Shown here: piece after piece, positions 11,175 to 21,441 of the stretch | How the letters are laid out: each line of letters begins with the position of its first letter | Position numbering within the stretch: the first letter of the stretch is position 1 | Source: Obrimoposthia wandeli | Lineage: Eukaryota | Assembly (NCBI GenBank): GCA_977020255.1 | Contig: CDROCS010002027.1 | Location: 186,001-250,000, forward strand | Length of the DNA stretch: 64,000 bases | Direction of reading: 5' to 3' | The notes under the pieces: generated by a model | The model's input: the letters and a program-made list of their open reading frames with translations, nothing else | Database searches by the model: none | Told to the model about the DNA's origin: nothing | Program-made: the position numbers and the translations under genes

Positions 11175-11390
11175 ATGGAAATATTACCCTATCTACTAGG
11201 TTTATCGGTGCTATTCTTCTTTGGTGCTATCGCTTTTTTCTTCTGGAACGTCAACAATGGGCAATACGATGACCTTGAATCTCCCGCGCACAAAATTCTA
11301 TTTGATGACGATGACGACATGATTCCAGATGACGTTAAACCCGTTAAAAAAACAGTAGCTAATAGTCAAAAAAATGAGCCCACCAGTTAA
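11175..11390 (+). CDS. ccoS: cbb3 assembly protein FixS
   Basis: FFWNVNNGQYDDLESPAHKILFDDD. Confidence 0.92.
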   Translation: MEILPYLLGLSVLFFFGAIAFFFWNVNNGQYDDLESPAHKILFDDDDDMIPDDVKPVKKTVANSQKNEPTS

Positions 11391-12043
11391 TGTTTGATAG
11401 CCTGAGTATCACCAGTGCATTTTTTCTAGGCATTCTAGGCAGTGCTCATTGCATTGGTATGTGTGGCGGCATCGCCTCTAGCATCACCCTTAGTCAAGGC
11501 AGCAGCAAAACGTTAAGTATTTTATTTTACAATATTGGACGCATTGCTAGCTACACAATTGCAGGAGCAGTTTTGGGCTCTCTAGACATTGCCTCGCGCT
11601 ATAGTATGCTAGAAGTTCCATTGCGCACTTTTGCAGCGCTAATGCTAATAGCAATGGGGCTTTATGTTGCTCATTGGTGGCGAGGATTAACTAAAATTGA
11701 AGCTATCGGTCACCATCTATGGCGCTTTATCAGCCCTACTGCCAGTAAATTATTACCCGTTAAAAATTTTAGACAAGCGTTTACTTTAGGCTTTTTTTGG
11801 GGCTGGTTACCTTGTGGCCTTGTATACAGTACGCTTATCTGGAGTAGTGCTGCCAATAACAGTATTAACAGCGCTACACTTATGCTCTTTTTTGGTTTGG
11901 GTACACTGCCTGCTATGATGACCACCAGCTTGCTTGCTAAGCAGCTAAAAAGTTTGTTGAGCAAACGTATAAGTCAGCAAATAAGCGGCAGTATTATTAT
12001 TGGCTTTGGGTTTTATCACATCCCATGGATGGCTTTCTTTTAG
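11390..12043 (+). CDS. Sulfite exporter TauE/SafE-like (DsbD_2) membrane protein of the cco cluster
   Basis: HCIGMCGG, YNIGRIASY, GWLPCGLVY, FGLGTLP. Confidence 0.9.
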   Translation: MFDSLSITSAFFLGILGSAHCIGMCGGIASSITLSQGSSKTLSILFYNIGRIASYTIAGAVLGSLDIASRYSMLEVPLRTFAALMLIAMGLYVAHWWRGLTKIEAIGHHLWRFISPTASKLLPVKNFRQAFTLGFFWGWLPCGLVYSTLIWSSAANNSINSATLMLFFGLGTLPAMMTTSLLAKQLKSLLSKRISQQISGSIIIGFGFYHIPWMAFF

Positions 12044-12145
12044 ACAGATCTGTTTTACCTATTACTGGAGCTTCTTCGCGAAATAGCAAAATCAAGGTGG
12101 AAGATCCTCAGTTTTTAGTTCTCAATCCGTATTTTAAATTTTGCA

Positions 12146-12919
12146 TTGGAGCAAACCATGCCAAGCATCCTCTTTATCTGCGCACTTGCAGAAGAGAAAA
12201 AGGCTCTCACTGACATTTTAGGTGAAGCACACAACATTCAAGTCATTAATGCGCAACTTGCTATTGAAGTCAGCCAATACCAGCAAGGATCTCTTGATAT
12301 TTATATCTGTCAATCAGGTATGGGTAACGTGAATGCCGCTGTGCAGCTAGCGCTAATTTTAAGCACCATTAAGATCCAGCAAATAGCACTGCTTGGGGTC
12401 GGTGGTGCACTTCATTCACGGTTAAATATTGGCGATATGATTGTCAGCAATCAAGTGATTCAACACGATTATTACTCATCTCTGGCGCAAGGTAACTTTT
12501 TGATGCGCCCAGGAGATTTAATATTAGACCCCCTACAAGCCCAAGATTACGACCCTGTAATGCATTCTATTGATAGCCATTTTGATTTATTACCTTTAAC
12601 GCATCCACAGGTAAAAGTAATAGAAGGGCTTGTGGCATCCGGCAGCGAATTTGTAGGTACTGCTCGACGCAAGCAAGCCATCCATCAGCAGTGCCAGCAA
12701 GCTTTGTTAGTTGATATGGAAGCCTCAGCTGTCGCCGCTGTTGCACTGCGTTATAACACTGCATTTTTAATCGCAAAAACGGTCTCTGACAAACTTCATA
12801 GCGATGGTAGTATTAGTAATGACTTCACTAATTTTTTAGAAAATGCCAGTCGCAACGCAGCAATAATTGCACAGTTGATTATCCAGAAGAACACACAAAT
12901 ATCCCGAAAAAGTAATTAA
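12146..12919 (+). CDS. 5'-methylthioadenosine/S-adenosylhomocysteine nucleosidase family (PNP_UDP_1)
   Basis: SGMGNVNAA, GVGG, IGD, VIQHD, DMEASAVA, KTVSD. Confidence 0.8.
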   Translation: MEQTMPSILFICALAEEKKALTDILGEAHNIQVINAQLAIEVSQYQQGSLDIYICQSGMGNVNAAVQLALILSTIKIQQIALLGVGGALHSRLNIGDMIVSNQVIQHDYYSSLAQGNFLMRPGDLILDPLQAQDYDPVMHSIDSHFDLLPLTHPQVKVIEGLVASGSEFVGTARRKQAIHQQCQQALLVDMEASAVAAVALRYNTAFLIAKTVSDKLHSDGSISNDFTNFLENASRNAAIIAQLIIQKNTQISRKSN

Positions 12920-13018
12920 CGCTCGTTAGCTATGTAAAAAATCAATACAATAGTCGCCCTTTAATCCGTGCCGAGCTATATTTTTCCCGCTCAGGCAACT
13001 TCTTGAGGTTTGTTACAC

Positions 13019-13927
13019 ATGTGGTTCAAAAACATAATATTTTATCGCTTCACCGAAAACTTAAGCTACAGTGTAGAACAGTTAGAAACCGCTTTTGCTG
13101 AGCACTCTTTTACCCCTTGTAAAAGCCAAGAGTTATCGCGATATGGTTGGGTAGCTCCTCATCCAAGCATGCAAGATGGCCAAGTATTTTCGAGTAGCGG
13201 CGCATTTTTAATCACCGCACAAAAAGAAGATAAACTAGTTCCAAGCTCTGTTGTAAATCAACAACTAAAAGAAAAAATGGCGATTATCGAAAAGCAAGAA
13301 GGTCGTAAAGTATATCGCAAAGAGCAGTTATCGCTTAAAGATGAAATAGTTTTGGATTTACTTCCCCGCGCTTTTAGTAAGTATAGCCAAACTAGCGCCT
13401 TAATTGTGCCTCAACATGGTTTTATAGCTGTAGATAGTTCAAGCTATTCTAAAGCAGAAGAGATCTTAAACCTGCTGAGAAATAGCTTAGACACTCTGCC
13501 GGTTAAATTACCAGATGTTAACCACTCTCCTGGCGTGATGATGTCGCAGTGGTTAACCCAAGAAAACTTAATTCCCGAATTCAAATGTTTAGAAGAGTGT
13601 GAATTAAAAGATCAAAGCGGTGAAGGGGCGACAATTAAAGTTAAAGGGCAAGATTTACAGTGTGATGAAATTACCATGCATTTAGATGCCGGTAAACAAG
13701 TCAGTAAACTGGCCTTAGAATGGGACGAAACGCTCAGTTTTATTCTTCATGAAGACCTTTCAATTAAACGTCTAAAGCCAACAGATCAGCTTTCAACAGA
13801 GTTAAATGAAGAAGACAGTGAAGATCCACTTGCGCGTTTAGATGCAGATACTTCACGTTTAACTTTAGAGCTACAACGTTTACTACCCCAGTTATTAAAT
13901 GCCTTTGGCGGTGAAGTAAAACGCTAA
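13019..13927 (+). CDS. rdgC: Recombination-associated protein RdgC (ATG at 13019)
   Basis: MWFKNIIFYR, F.PC..QE..R.GW, LLPRAFS, KQVSKLALEW. Confidence 0.93.
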   Translation: MWFKNIIFYRFTENLSYSVEQLETAFAEHSFTPCKSQELSRYGWVAPHPSMQDGQVFSSSGAFLITAQKEDKLVPSSVVNQQLKEKMAIIEKQEGRKVYRKEQLSLKDEIVLDLLPRAFSKYSQTSALIVPQHGFIAVDSSSYSKAEEILNLLRNSLDTLPVKLPDVNHSPGVMMSQWLTQENLIPEFKCLEECELKDQSGEGATIKVKGQDLQCDEITMHLDAGKQVSKLALEWDETLSFILHEDLSIKRLKPTDQLSTELNEEDSEDPLARLDADTSRLTLELQRLLPQLLNAFGGEVKR

Positions 13928-14074
13928 AGACAACTTAACAACTGTTTTTAATAGCATGCGGGATGTTTCATTATTCCCGCACTCTCCTACTCATTTATTT
14001 TGTACATTAAGGAGTAAGCAACCTTTCAAGCTATCAATACTGCCTTTATTCACTTATTCTCTGTTTTACTCTCA

Positions 14075-15649
14075 CTAACCGCCGTGCTCTGCTGACACAT
14101 TTTCGTTATTAATACTTTGCACAACGGCGTATTCAGGTTTCGCTTTATGCACTGGAAACACTGATTTCATTTCTATTGGTATACCTTGTTCATTAATGAT
14201 TTGCACATGATCTCGACTCAATTGCCTAGCTTCTGTCACGCCGCATGAATGAGCAATCATCCCCACATCGTACATTATCTTAGAAGCAAATTGATGAACG
14301 CGCTCGCCTTTATCCTTAATATCTAAACCTTTTTGCAACTCTATGTCATGGGTGGTAATACCTGTCGGGCAAGTGTTTTTATTACACTGCAACGCTTGAA
14401 TACAACCTAGAGCAAACATAAAGCCACGTGCTGATGTAACAAAATCTGCACCTATACACAGCGCCCATGCAACATCTGAAGGGTTGATTAACTTACCGGA
14501 ACAAATAACCTTTACCCGTTTGCGCAAATTGTAATCCATTAACTTATCAACAACTAAAGGAAGAGAGCGTTTAATTGGCAATCCCATATAATCAATTAAG
14601 CTTTGAGGTGCTGCGCCGGTTCCACCATCTGCACTATCAATCGTAATAAAATCTGGAGCACTATCTACACCACGCTTGTGAATAGCAATACACAGATCAT
14701 CTAACCAACCTATACTGCCTATAACCACTTTAAAACCCACCGGTTTGCCAGTTACTTCCCGCACTTGATGAATCATATCCAGTAGATCTTCGACATTGCT
14801 GATTTCAGGGTGCCCGTTAGGGCTGATAGATGCAATACCTTCTGGAATATTACGGGTTTTAGCAATAATAGCAGTCACTTTTTCAGCGGGAAGAATCCCC
14901 CCTTTTCCAGGTTTAGCCCCTTGGCTCATTTTAATTTCAAACATTTTTACTTGTGGGTGTGCTGCAACCTCTGCCAACTTTGTATTACATAACACGCCAT
15001 TCTTATCGCTCACTCCATATTTAGCAGTACCTATTTGAAAGACAATGTCGCAGCCACCTTGTAGATGAAATTCAGAGAGTGCTCCTTCTCCTGTATTCAT
15101 CCAAATCCCCGCTTTTTTAGCGCCTTTAGATAGGGCGGTAATGGCAGGTACTGACAAGGCACCAAAACTCATACCTGATATATTAAATAGAGAGGATGTC
15201 GTGTAAGGAATTCTGGCAACGCCAGCACCAATAACCACGTTAGCCGCTGGAATAGCATCTTCAGTTAAGGTGGGGAATAAGCAATTTAAAAATAAAATTT
15301 CCCCCGGCTGATTGAGGGGCCTAGTTGAGCCAAAAGCAACCGTCGCATCTACATTTTTTGCAGCTCGATATACCCACGAGCGCTGAGCTCTATTAAAGGG
15401 AAGTTCTTCTCTATCTAATGCAAAAAAGTACTGGCGAAAGAACTCTCCAATATGTTCAAAAAAGTATCGAAACCGCCCAATAACAGGATAATTTCGCCTT
15501 ATAGCCTGTTTAGTTTGTGTCACATCAGTGATGTAGAAATACACGAGTACTAACAATGCTATAAAAAGCGAAACCACAAAAACAAAAGAGATCACTTGCA
15601 TAACAGTAGAGGTAAATTCACTAAAACTTTGGAAGCTTAAATCAGACAT
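14075..15649 (-). CDS. FMN-binding glutamate synthase family protein (YerD-like, N-terminal TM)
   Basis: NISGMSFGALS, NTGEG, EIKMSQGAKPGKGG, DGGTGAAP, CIQALQCNKNTCPTG. Confidence 0.9.
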   Translation of the reverse strand: MSDLSFQSFSEFTSTVMQVISFVFVVSLFIALLVLVYFYITDVTQTKQAIRRNYPVIGRFRYFFEHIGEFFRQYFFALDREELPFNRAQRSWVYRAAKNVDATVAFGSTRPLNQPGEILFLNCLFPTLTEDAIPAANVVIGAGVARIPYTTSSLFNISGMSFGALSVPAITALSKGAKKAGIWMNTGEGALSEFHLQGGCDIVFQIGTAKYGVSDKNGVLCNTKLAEVAAHPQVKMFEIKMSQGAKPGKGGILPAEKVTAIIAKTRNIPEGIASISPNGHPEISNVEDLLDMIHQVREVTGKPVGFKVVIGSIGWLDDLCIAIHKRGVDSAPDFITIDSADGGTGAAPQSLIDYMGLPIKRSLPLVVDKLMDYNLRKRVKVICSGKLINPSDVAWALCIGADFVTSARGFMFALGCIQALQCNKNTCPTGITTHDIELQKGLDIKDKGERVHQFASKIMYDVGMIAHSCGVTEARQLSRDHVQIINEQGIPIEMKSVFPVHKAKPEYAVVQSINNENVSAEHGG

Positions 15650-16268
15650 GTTTGTTCCTTAAGCGAGGTTAGTGCGGGGTAATACTGGTTCTTTTAATAG
15701 AGCGATTATTGTTATATTGGGTAAATAAACTAACTTAATTTTTAAAAAGCTAGTTTTAGTTATAATATATAATAGCTTAGCAAGCAATAACGGATACGAT
15801 TTAGACTCTATTAATACAATATCAAAATTAATAGCCACTTCATCAAAATAGATATCACTTCTAAATTTAACTTTAAAAGAGCATAAACATAACGATGTAT
15901 TCACAAAAATTCATTCCATCTTGCTAAAGCTAAATAACTATTCACACCCTCTCGAAATATTTGGTTAAATTGTAGTCTAGTATTAAAGATTCATACTGCA
16001 AGTGGGCTAACTGAATAGTTGGGTATTGTTTAGTAATAAAATTGCATACTTAAATGTTGCGAAGTTTTCAGACGTCGCCAAGGTAGCTAAGGGGCAAGCG
16101 AGGTTGTTTTAGCGAAAGGGAGTTGACTAAAGTGAATACTTTGAAAAGCGGTCAGGACAATCACCAGAATGTGAAGCCTGCGCTAAATTGATTTTTAGTT
16201 ACTTAGGTTTTTTTTCAAGGATATACTTCACCTTTAATGTATATTTTTACATAGAGAGTATTTCAAAT

Positions 16269-16703
16269 ATGAAAATTTCTACAGTACTAAAAGATCACGA
16301 TATAACGTTTAATCCTGAATTAATGGATAACGGTGAGCAAAGGCTTAGATTTGCATCAGTAGATGGAAGCGTATATATAAGAACCATCGCTGGTGAGCAT
16401 GGTTCCTGGCAGAACAGCCACTACCATAAAACACTGCAAGAAACATATATAGTTCAAGAAGGATGGATAGCTGTAGCAGAGATAATTAATAATGAAATGA
16501 GCCTTAGGATCGAAACAGAAAATAGTGTTTTTACTTCGCAACCCAACATCCCGCATAACATTTATCTTTCATCCAGTGCAGTAATCCACACTGTAAAACA
16601 TGGAAGGGTGACACCAGGCGATTGGCATTCTAGCCAAGCCCTTGATGGGCTGACAAAAGTGTTAAGTGAAAATATGATTATATCCATTGATAAAGGGGTT
16701 TAA
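16269..16703 (+). CDS. Cupin-fold protein (ATG at 16269 with AGAGAG RBS)
   Basis: SHYHKTLQETYIVQEG and PNIPHN cupin metal-binding motifs. Confidence 0.65.
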   Translation: MKISTVLKDHDITFNPELMDNGEQRLRFASVDGSVYIRTIAGEHGSWQNSHYHKTLQETYIVQEGWIAVAEIINNEMSLRIETENSVFTSQPNIPHNIYLSSSAVIHTVKHGRVTPGDWHSSQALDGLTKVLSENMIISIDKGV

Positions 16704-16728
16704 TATGAAGCGGCACATGAACTTGAAT

Positions 16729-17394
16729 TTACTCGGCACTTGCTAACGCCAATTTAATCGCAAATAAAACAAAGCTAGTTCCAACCCCTCCACCGGAAAT
16801 AGCACTAACTTTTTTACGCTTTTTGAAAGTGTCGGCCAATAGTGTTCCTGCATAAATCAGTACTGCTAAGTAAATTAAACTAAATATCTGAATGGTAATC
16901 GCCAATATCAAAAACGGGATGATTGGCTGAGAATAAGAAGGATCCACAAATTGCACAAAGAAAGATAAGAAAAATAAAATCGCTTTAGGGTTAAGTAAAC
17001 TAACCAGTAAAGCTTTTCTAAAAGCTTTACCATTGGATGCTTTCTTGATGATATCAACCGAATCGAAATTCTGCTCATTTCGGTGCCGCCAAGTTTTCAT
17101 TGCCCCTTTAATTAAACTAACCCCAATATAAATTAAATAAGCAGCGCCTAAATATTTAATAGCCATGAAAATTGAAGGATAACGAGTCAACAACGTGACG
17201 GCACCTAAAGCTGTGGCTAGTATTAGCAATGAATCACCAATAAGTACTCCACCTACAGCTGCCCAGCCAATACGCTTACCTTGTTGCGCTGCTAAAGATA
17301 ATACATACAATGAATTAGGCCCTGGTAACAAGATAATTAAAATGGCACCAATCACATAAGTTAAATAATTTATTACACCAAAATTTTCCAACAT
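16729..17394 (-). CDS. leuE: LysE/RhtB family leucine efflux protein
   Basis: MLENFGVINYLTY, LPGPNSLYV, SLLNPKAILFFLSFFVQF. Confidence 0.85.
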   Translation of the reverse strand: MLENFGVINYLTYVIGAILIILLPGPNSLYVLSLAAQQGKRIGWAAVGGVLIGDSLLILATALGAVTLLTRYPSIFMAIKYLGAAYLIYIGVSLIKGAMKTWRHRNEQNFDSVDIIKKASNGKAFRKALLVSLLNPKAILFFLSFFVQFVDPSYSQPIIPFLILAITIQIFSLIYLAVLIYAGTLLADTFKKRKKVSAISGGGVGTSFVLFAIKLALASAE

Positions 17395-17916
17395 CCTACC
17401 CTTATAAATTTTAAAACTAAATTTTTATATTATTATAAACTGCACTTTAGCGCAGGCATTTAAGCATAAGTTTTGCGGCTAAGCAGTCCTTTATAAATTC
17501 AAAATATGCGCCACTAAAGTTGTATTTTCTTGGCTGAGCAATCTTCTGTGCTCTTACTAACTACGCCTTTTCTCCAGCAAACGGCGTTACCTTTTTTTGA
17601 CTCAATACTAATTTCAATGTTTACAAGCTAATATAGCAGCGCTTTCAAGTTGTCATTCGCTATCCATTAAAGAGAGCGGCTAAAAAATCACATACATGGC
17701 AGTGCATGGATAATACTGTAGGTTTAATAGAGCTAAAGACAATAAGTATAGCGCAGGTGAATTTAATGTCACTTGCGCATTTTTTAACATTGAACAACTT
17801 AATTGGTAACAGTAAGAAAACGCTGCATTGATCACATCAACCATGCTTTATCACTAATTTAGTTAAAACATTAACAGCCACAAAAGTAACAATGGCGAAC
17901 GAGGTGTTAGCTGCGT

Positions 17917-19530
17917 TTAGTAAGCGGCTATATAGCCGTCAGCTCTGGCCTCTGTGCCACCTAATAATACGCCACTGTCTGGGTCTCGTAAAATAATTTG
18001 ACCGCGGCCAAAGTCTTCTGAGTCATGGCACACTTTTACTTGATGACCTCTTCGCGCTAGGCCCTGAACAATATTTAAAGGCACTGCATGCTCTAAGGTA
18101 ATTTCGCGATCTTTGATCCACTGCCACCTAGGTGCATCTAATGCTGCTTGAGGATTGAGTTTAAAATCAATCATATTAGTCACCATTTGCACATGCCCTT
18201 GCGGTTGCATAAAACCACCCATAACACCGAAAGCGGCGATTGCTTGGTTATCTTTGGTTATGAACGCAGGGATGATAGTGTGCAGTGGTTTTTTCGCCCC
18301 TTGTAAATAGTTCGCAGCCGTTGGATCAAGCGAAAAACTTTTACCTCTATTTTGTAAGCAAATGCCGGTATTTGGAACAACCACTCTCGAGCCAAAATCA
18401 TGGTAATTACTTTGTATAAACGACACCATATTACCCTCTTCATCAGCACAAGCTAAATACACGGTGCCCCCTGCTTGAGGTTTTCCAGGTTGTGGCAACA
18501 TGGCGGTATCTGATATCAGTGCACGGCGCTGATCTGCATAGTTGTCACTGAGCATATCTTTCACGCTGACATCCATCATATCTTCTTGGGTAATATATTT
18601 TTGCCCATCAACATACGCCAATTTCATCGCTTCTATTTGCCGGTGAAAACTCAAGGTATTATCGCGTTGTTCAAGAGGCATTTTTTCTAGTATATTAAGC
18701 GCCATTAGCGCTAACATCCCCTGCCCATTTGGCGGGATTTCCCAAATATCATAACCCTTATAATTAACACTGATAGGATCGACCCACTGCGCTTTATAAT
18801 TGGCTAAATCCTCTGTACATAAAATGCCACCGGTATCTTTAGAGTACTGTAATATTGCCTTAGCCAGTTGCCCTTTATAAAAAGAATCACCATTAGTAAG
18901 TGCAATTTCTTCCAAGGTGTTTGCATGTTGCTCAAACTTTACAATATCACCCGCTTTTGGCGCTACTCCATTGAATAAAAATACTTCACGCCAATGCGCT
19001 GTTGCCGCTGCATTTTCATCTTTATCTGCTATCTTAGCAGCGTTTTGCCACTGCGCGGCTATCGTCGGAGAAACAACAAAACCTTCTCTAGCAATATCAA
19101 TTGCGCCTTGCATGGTTTGTATTAATGGCAGTTTTCCGAAACGCTTCGATAACTCAACCCAACCGCTTGGACACCCAGGTACAGTAACCGGTATCCAGCC
19201 ATGTAGCGGCATTTCACTATGGCCTTGCGCTTTAATTTCTTCAGCATCGGCGTGTATGGGCGCAGGTCCACTAGCGTTTAAGCCATATAATTCACCTTTA
19301 ACCCACACTAAAGCAAACGCATCTCCACCAATACCATTACTGGTAGGCTCCAACACAGTAAGCGCTGCTGCGGTAGCAATGGCGGCATCTATAGCATTCC
19401 CACCTTGTTGCAATACTCTAAGACCAATTTGTGCAGCTTGCGGGGCAGCAGTGGCAACCATCCCTTTACGTGCATACACTGCAGTTCTTTTAGAAGCGTA
19501 AGGGTAATGACTGGTAGAGTTATGAAACAT
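17917..19530 (-). CDS. ggt: Gamma-glutamyltransferase (YwrD-like, no signal peptide); ATG at 19530
   Basis: GGNAIDAA, EPTSNGIGGD, catalytic TVYL, SFIQSN, GVMGG. Confidence 0.92.
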   Translation of the reverse strand: MFHNSTSHYPYASKRTAVYARKGMVATAAPQAAQIGLRVLQQGGNAIDAAIATAAALTVLEPTSNGIGGDAFALVWVKGELYGLNASGPAPIHADAEEIKAQGHSEMPLHGWIPVTVPGCPSGWVELSKRFGKLPLIQTMQGAIDIAREGFVVSPTIAAQWQNAAKIADKDENAAATAHWREVFLFNGVAPKAGDIVKFEQHANTLEEIALTNGDSFYKGQLAKAILQYSKDTGGILCTEDLANYKAQWVDPISVNYKGYDIWEIPPNGQGMLALMALNILEKMPLEQRDNTLSFHRQIEAMKLAYVDGQKYITQEDMMDVSVKDMLSDNYADQRRALISDTAMLPQPGKPQAGGTVYLACADEEGNMVSFIQSNYHDFGSRVVVPNTGICLQNRGKSFSLDPTAANYLQGAKKPLHTIIPAFITKDNQAIAAFGVMGGFMQPQGHVQMVTNMIDFKLNPQAALDAPRWQWIKDREITLEHAVPLNIVQGLARRGHQVKVCHDSEDFGRGQIILRDPDSGVLLGGTEARADGYIAAY

Positions 19531-19573
19531 AAGGAGTCTCTTTTTAAGCAGTGGCCAGTAGTAAAGTAAAGGC

Positions 19574-20788
19574 CTATTTATTTTTATTTTTGGATTGTAG
19601 CTTTTTGCGATCAAACAGCTTATCACTTAATGTACGCGTTTTAGGTTGAGACACTTTTTGCGCGCGGCTCATTACTAAACTGTGTCCCAAATCTTGGATC
19701 GACTTACCTTGATTTGCATTACCACCACCTGTGGCTTGGCTTGGTGGTGCATTAATCGGCGACGTGTTTTGCGCAAGCTCCGGTGCTATTGGTGAAAGAT
19801 TAGCGGCACTATGCGGTAACTCTTGTGGAGGATATTGCTGTTGTAATTGTGCCGGTGAGGGTGCTTCACTGCGCGGCGGATTCATGGGTACTTGCCGATC
19901 TCGCATTTGATCCCGCAGCGATTGGCTAGCATTGTGCATCTCGCGATTAAACTCATTCACTTTCTTTTCTGATCTATCCAAAGCCTTTTGCACTTGTTTT
20001 TCTGATTGTTTTGCTAGCGCCAATTGCTCTTTTATAATATCAGCTAGACCTTCTGCTTTAGCTGCTTGTATATTAGAGTTAAATGCTTTTTGCTCTAGTT
20101 GTTGGTTTTCTTGTTCTAAATTATGTACATTCTTTTGCAGCGAATCACGTTCTTCACTGACTTGCGCTAGCGTGTTTCGCTCTTTATTTAACGCATCTAA
20201 CGTTTGTTGATAATCTACATTGAGCACTTCATTTTCAGTTTCTAGGGTAGTGAGTTCTGCTCGCATTTTCTGATTAGCAATTTGCGCTTCTTCATTATCT
20301 TCTTGTGCTTGTGCTTGTGCTTGTTGTGCACTAAATAGCTTCCCTCTGACTTGATTTTCCGCATTGCTAGCCGCATCGCTCCACAACTGGTTAGCCATTT
20401 GCCCTAATGTCGTTTGCATATGATACATAGAGGCTTCGATGTTAGTTGGCATTTGTTTGTCTAGTATCTCTATCGTCTCTGCACTAGCCACATGTGTATT
20501 TGATGTCGCTCTATTGGGTATAGCTGCAGCAATACTAGGCTCTTTTTTAGTTACCTGGGGCGTAGATCTTGGTGCCGCTGAAAACTGCATCGCACTTTGT
20601 TGATGATTGCTACCAGCTGCTTTGTTGACGCTAGGAGTGAGTTGCTCAATAATTTGCTGTATACGTAAGAAATCGCCGCCACCCAATCGAGACTGTACAG
20701 CCCAAGGTGTAATGTTTTGACCATCGGACTTTAACGCTTCAATCGTCTGTCGGATTTTATGGTCGCTAAAGGGTTGTGAAGAGTTCAA
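19574..20788 (-). CDS. KfrA-N-like DNA-binding protein with long coiled coil and Pro/Gln-rich tail
   Basis: N-terminal EALKSDGQNITPWAVQSRLGGG resembles the KfrA_N helix-turn-helix, followed by a heptad-rich Q/E/A region. Confidence 0.6.
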   Translation of the reverse strand: MNSSQPFSDHKIRQTIEALKSDGQNITPWAVQSRLGGGDFLRIQQIIEQLTPSVNKAAGSNHQQSAMQFSAAPRSTPQVTKKEPSIAAAIPNRATSNTHVASAETIEILDKQMPTNIEASMYHMQTTLGQMANQLWSDAASNAENQVRGKLFSAQQAQAQAQEDNEEAQIANQKMRAELTTLETENEVLNVDYQQTLDALNKERNTLAQVSEERDSLQKNVHNLEQENQQLEQKAFNSNIQAAKAEGLADIIKEQLALAKQSEKQVQKALDRSEKKVNEFNREMHNASQSLRDQMRDRQVPMNPPRSEAPSPAQLQQQYPPQELPHSAANLSPIAPELAQNTSPINAPPSQATGGGNANQGKSIQDLGHSLVMSRAQKVSQPKTRTLSDKLFDRKKLQSKNKNK

Positions 20789-21441
20789 ACTTAATAATGC
20801 CTCGGCTTTAGATTTTTTGGTTAATAATTATTTAAGCAAATTTAACGTCTAGCAGGTGTCTCTAGAAAATCAAACACACGAACGCACCCTTTACTATACT
20901 CTACAAGATAGCTTATTTTACACGATAGATTTAAGAAACAAAGCGCTAATAGCAGCCTTTAAAAACTCAAAGTTAAGCTTTAGAAACAATCACCTTGTAT
21001 CATTACATTGTACTTGCCAATTTCACTTTTAGTGACAAACTATATCCTTTGCAGCAGTTTAGTGGCTCTTGGATGTAAAGTTGTGTTTAATTAATATTTA
21101 TAGCGATATTGAATTCGTCACGCGTTGTTTTTACAAATAGCTTAAAGCTCAGCATCGTTGCCAGCAAAGTGATGTATCACTCATTGAGTTCTTTTAAACT
21201 AAAATACATTAATATACTTATTTTAATCTTAAAAGAATAACACTTGCCTTAAAGCAATTTTCTGTTATACAGGTAGCTTGGAAAAACAAATATACAAAAA
21301 TTGATTTCTAAGCTTAAAATATAGCCCGTGCACGCTAAACCTACCGCTATCCATTAGATCTATTTTTAAGACAAATTCATTTGTTTAACCATTTTTTTAC
21401 TCATTTATATTCACTCTTATAATCTCCCCACTGGTCATGAT

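Noticed and set aside
15659-15904. 81-aa ORF upstream of the glutamate synthase-like gene
   Set aside because: AT-rich, no RBS or recognisable motif; likely spurious.
16176-17457. 12-bp inverted repeat GCCTGCGCTAAA (16176-16187 and 17446-17457) flanking cupin and leuE, suggesting an invertible or mobile cassette
   Set aside because: No TSD and no recombinase; a 12-mer pair within ~1.3 kb is expected by chance several times in 64 kb.
17828-17840. TTGAT-CAC-ATCAA FNR-like site
   Set aside because: The spacer is 3 nt, not 4, and it lies downstream of ggt.
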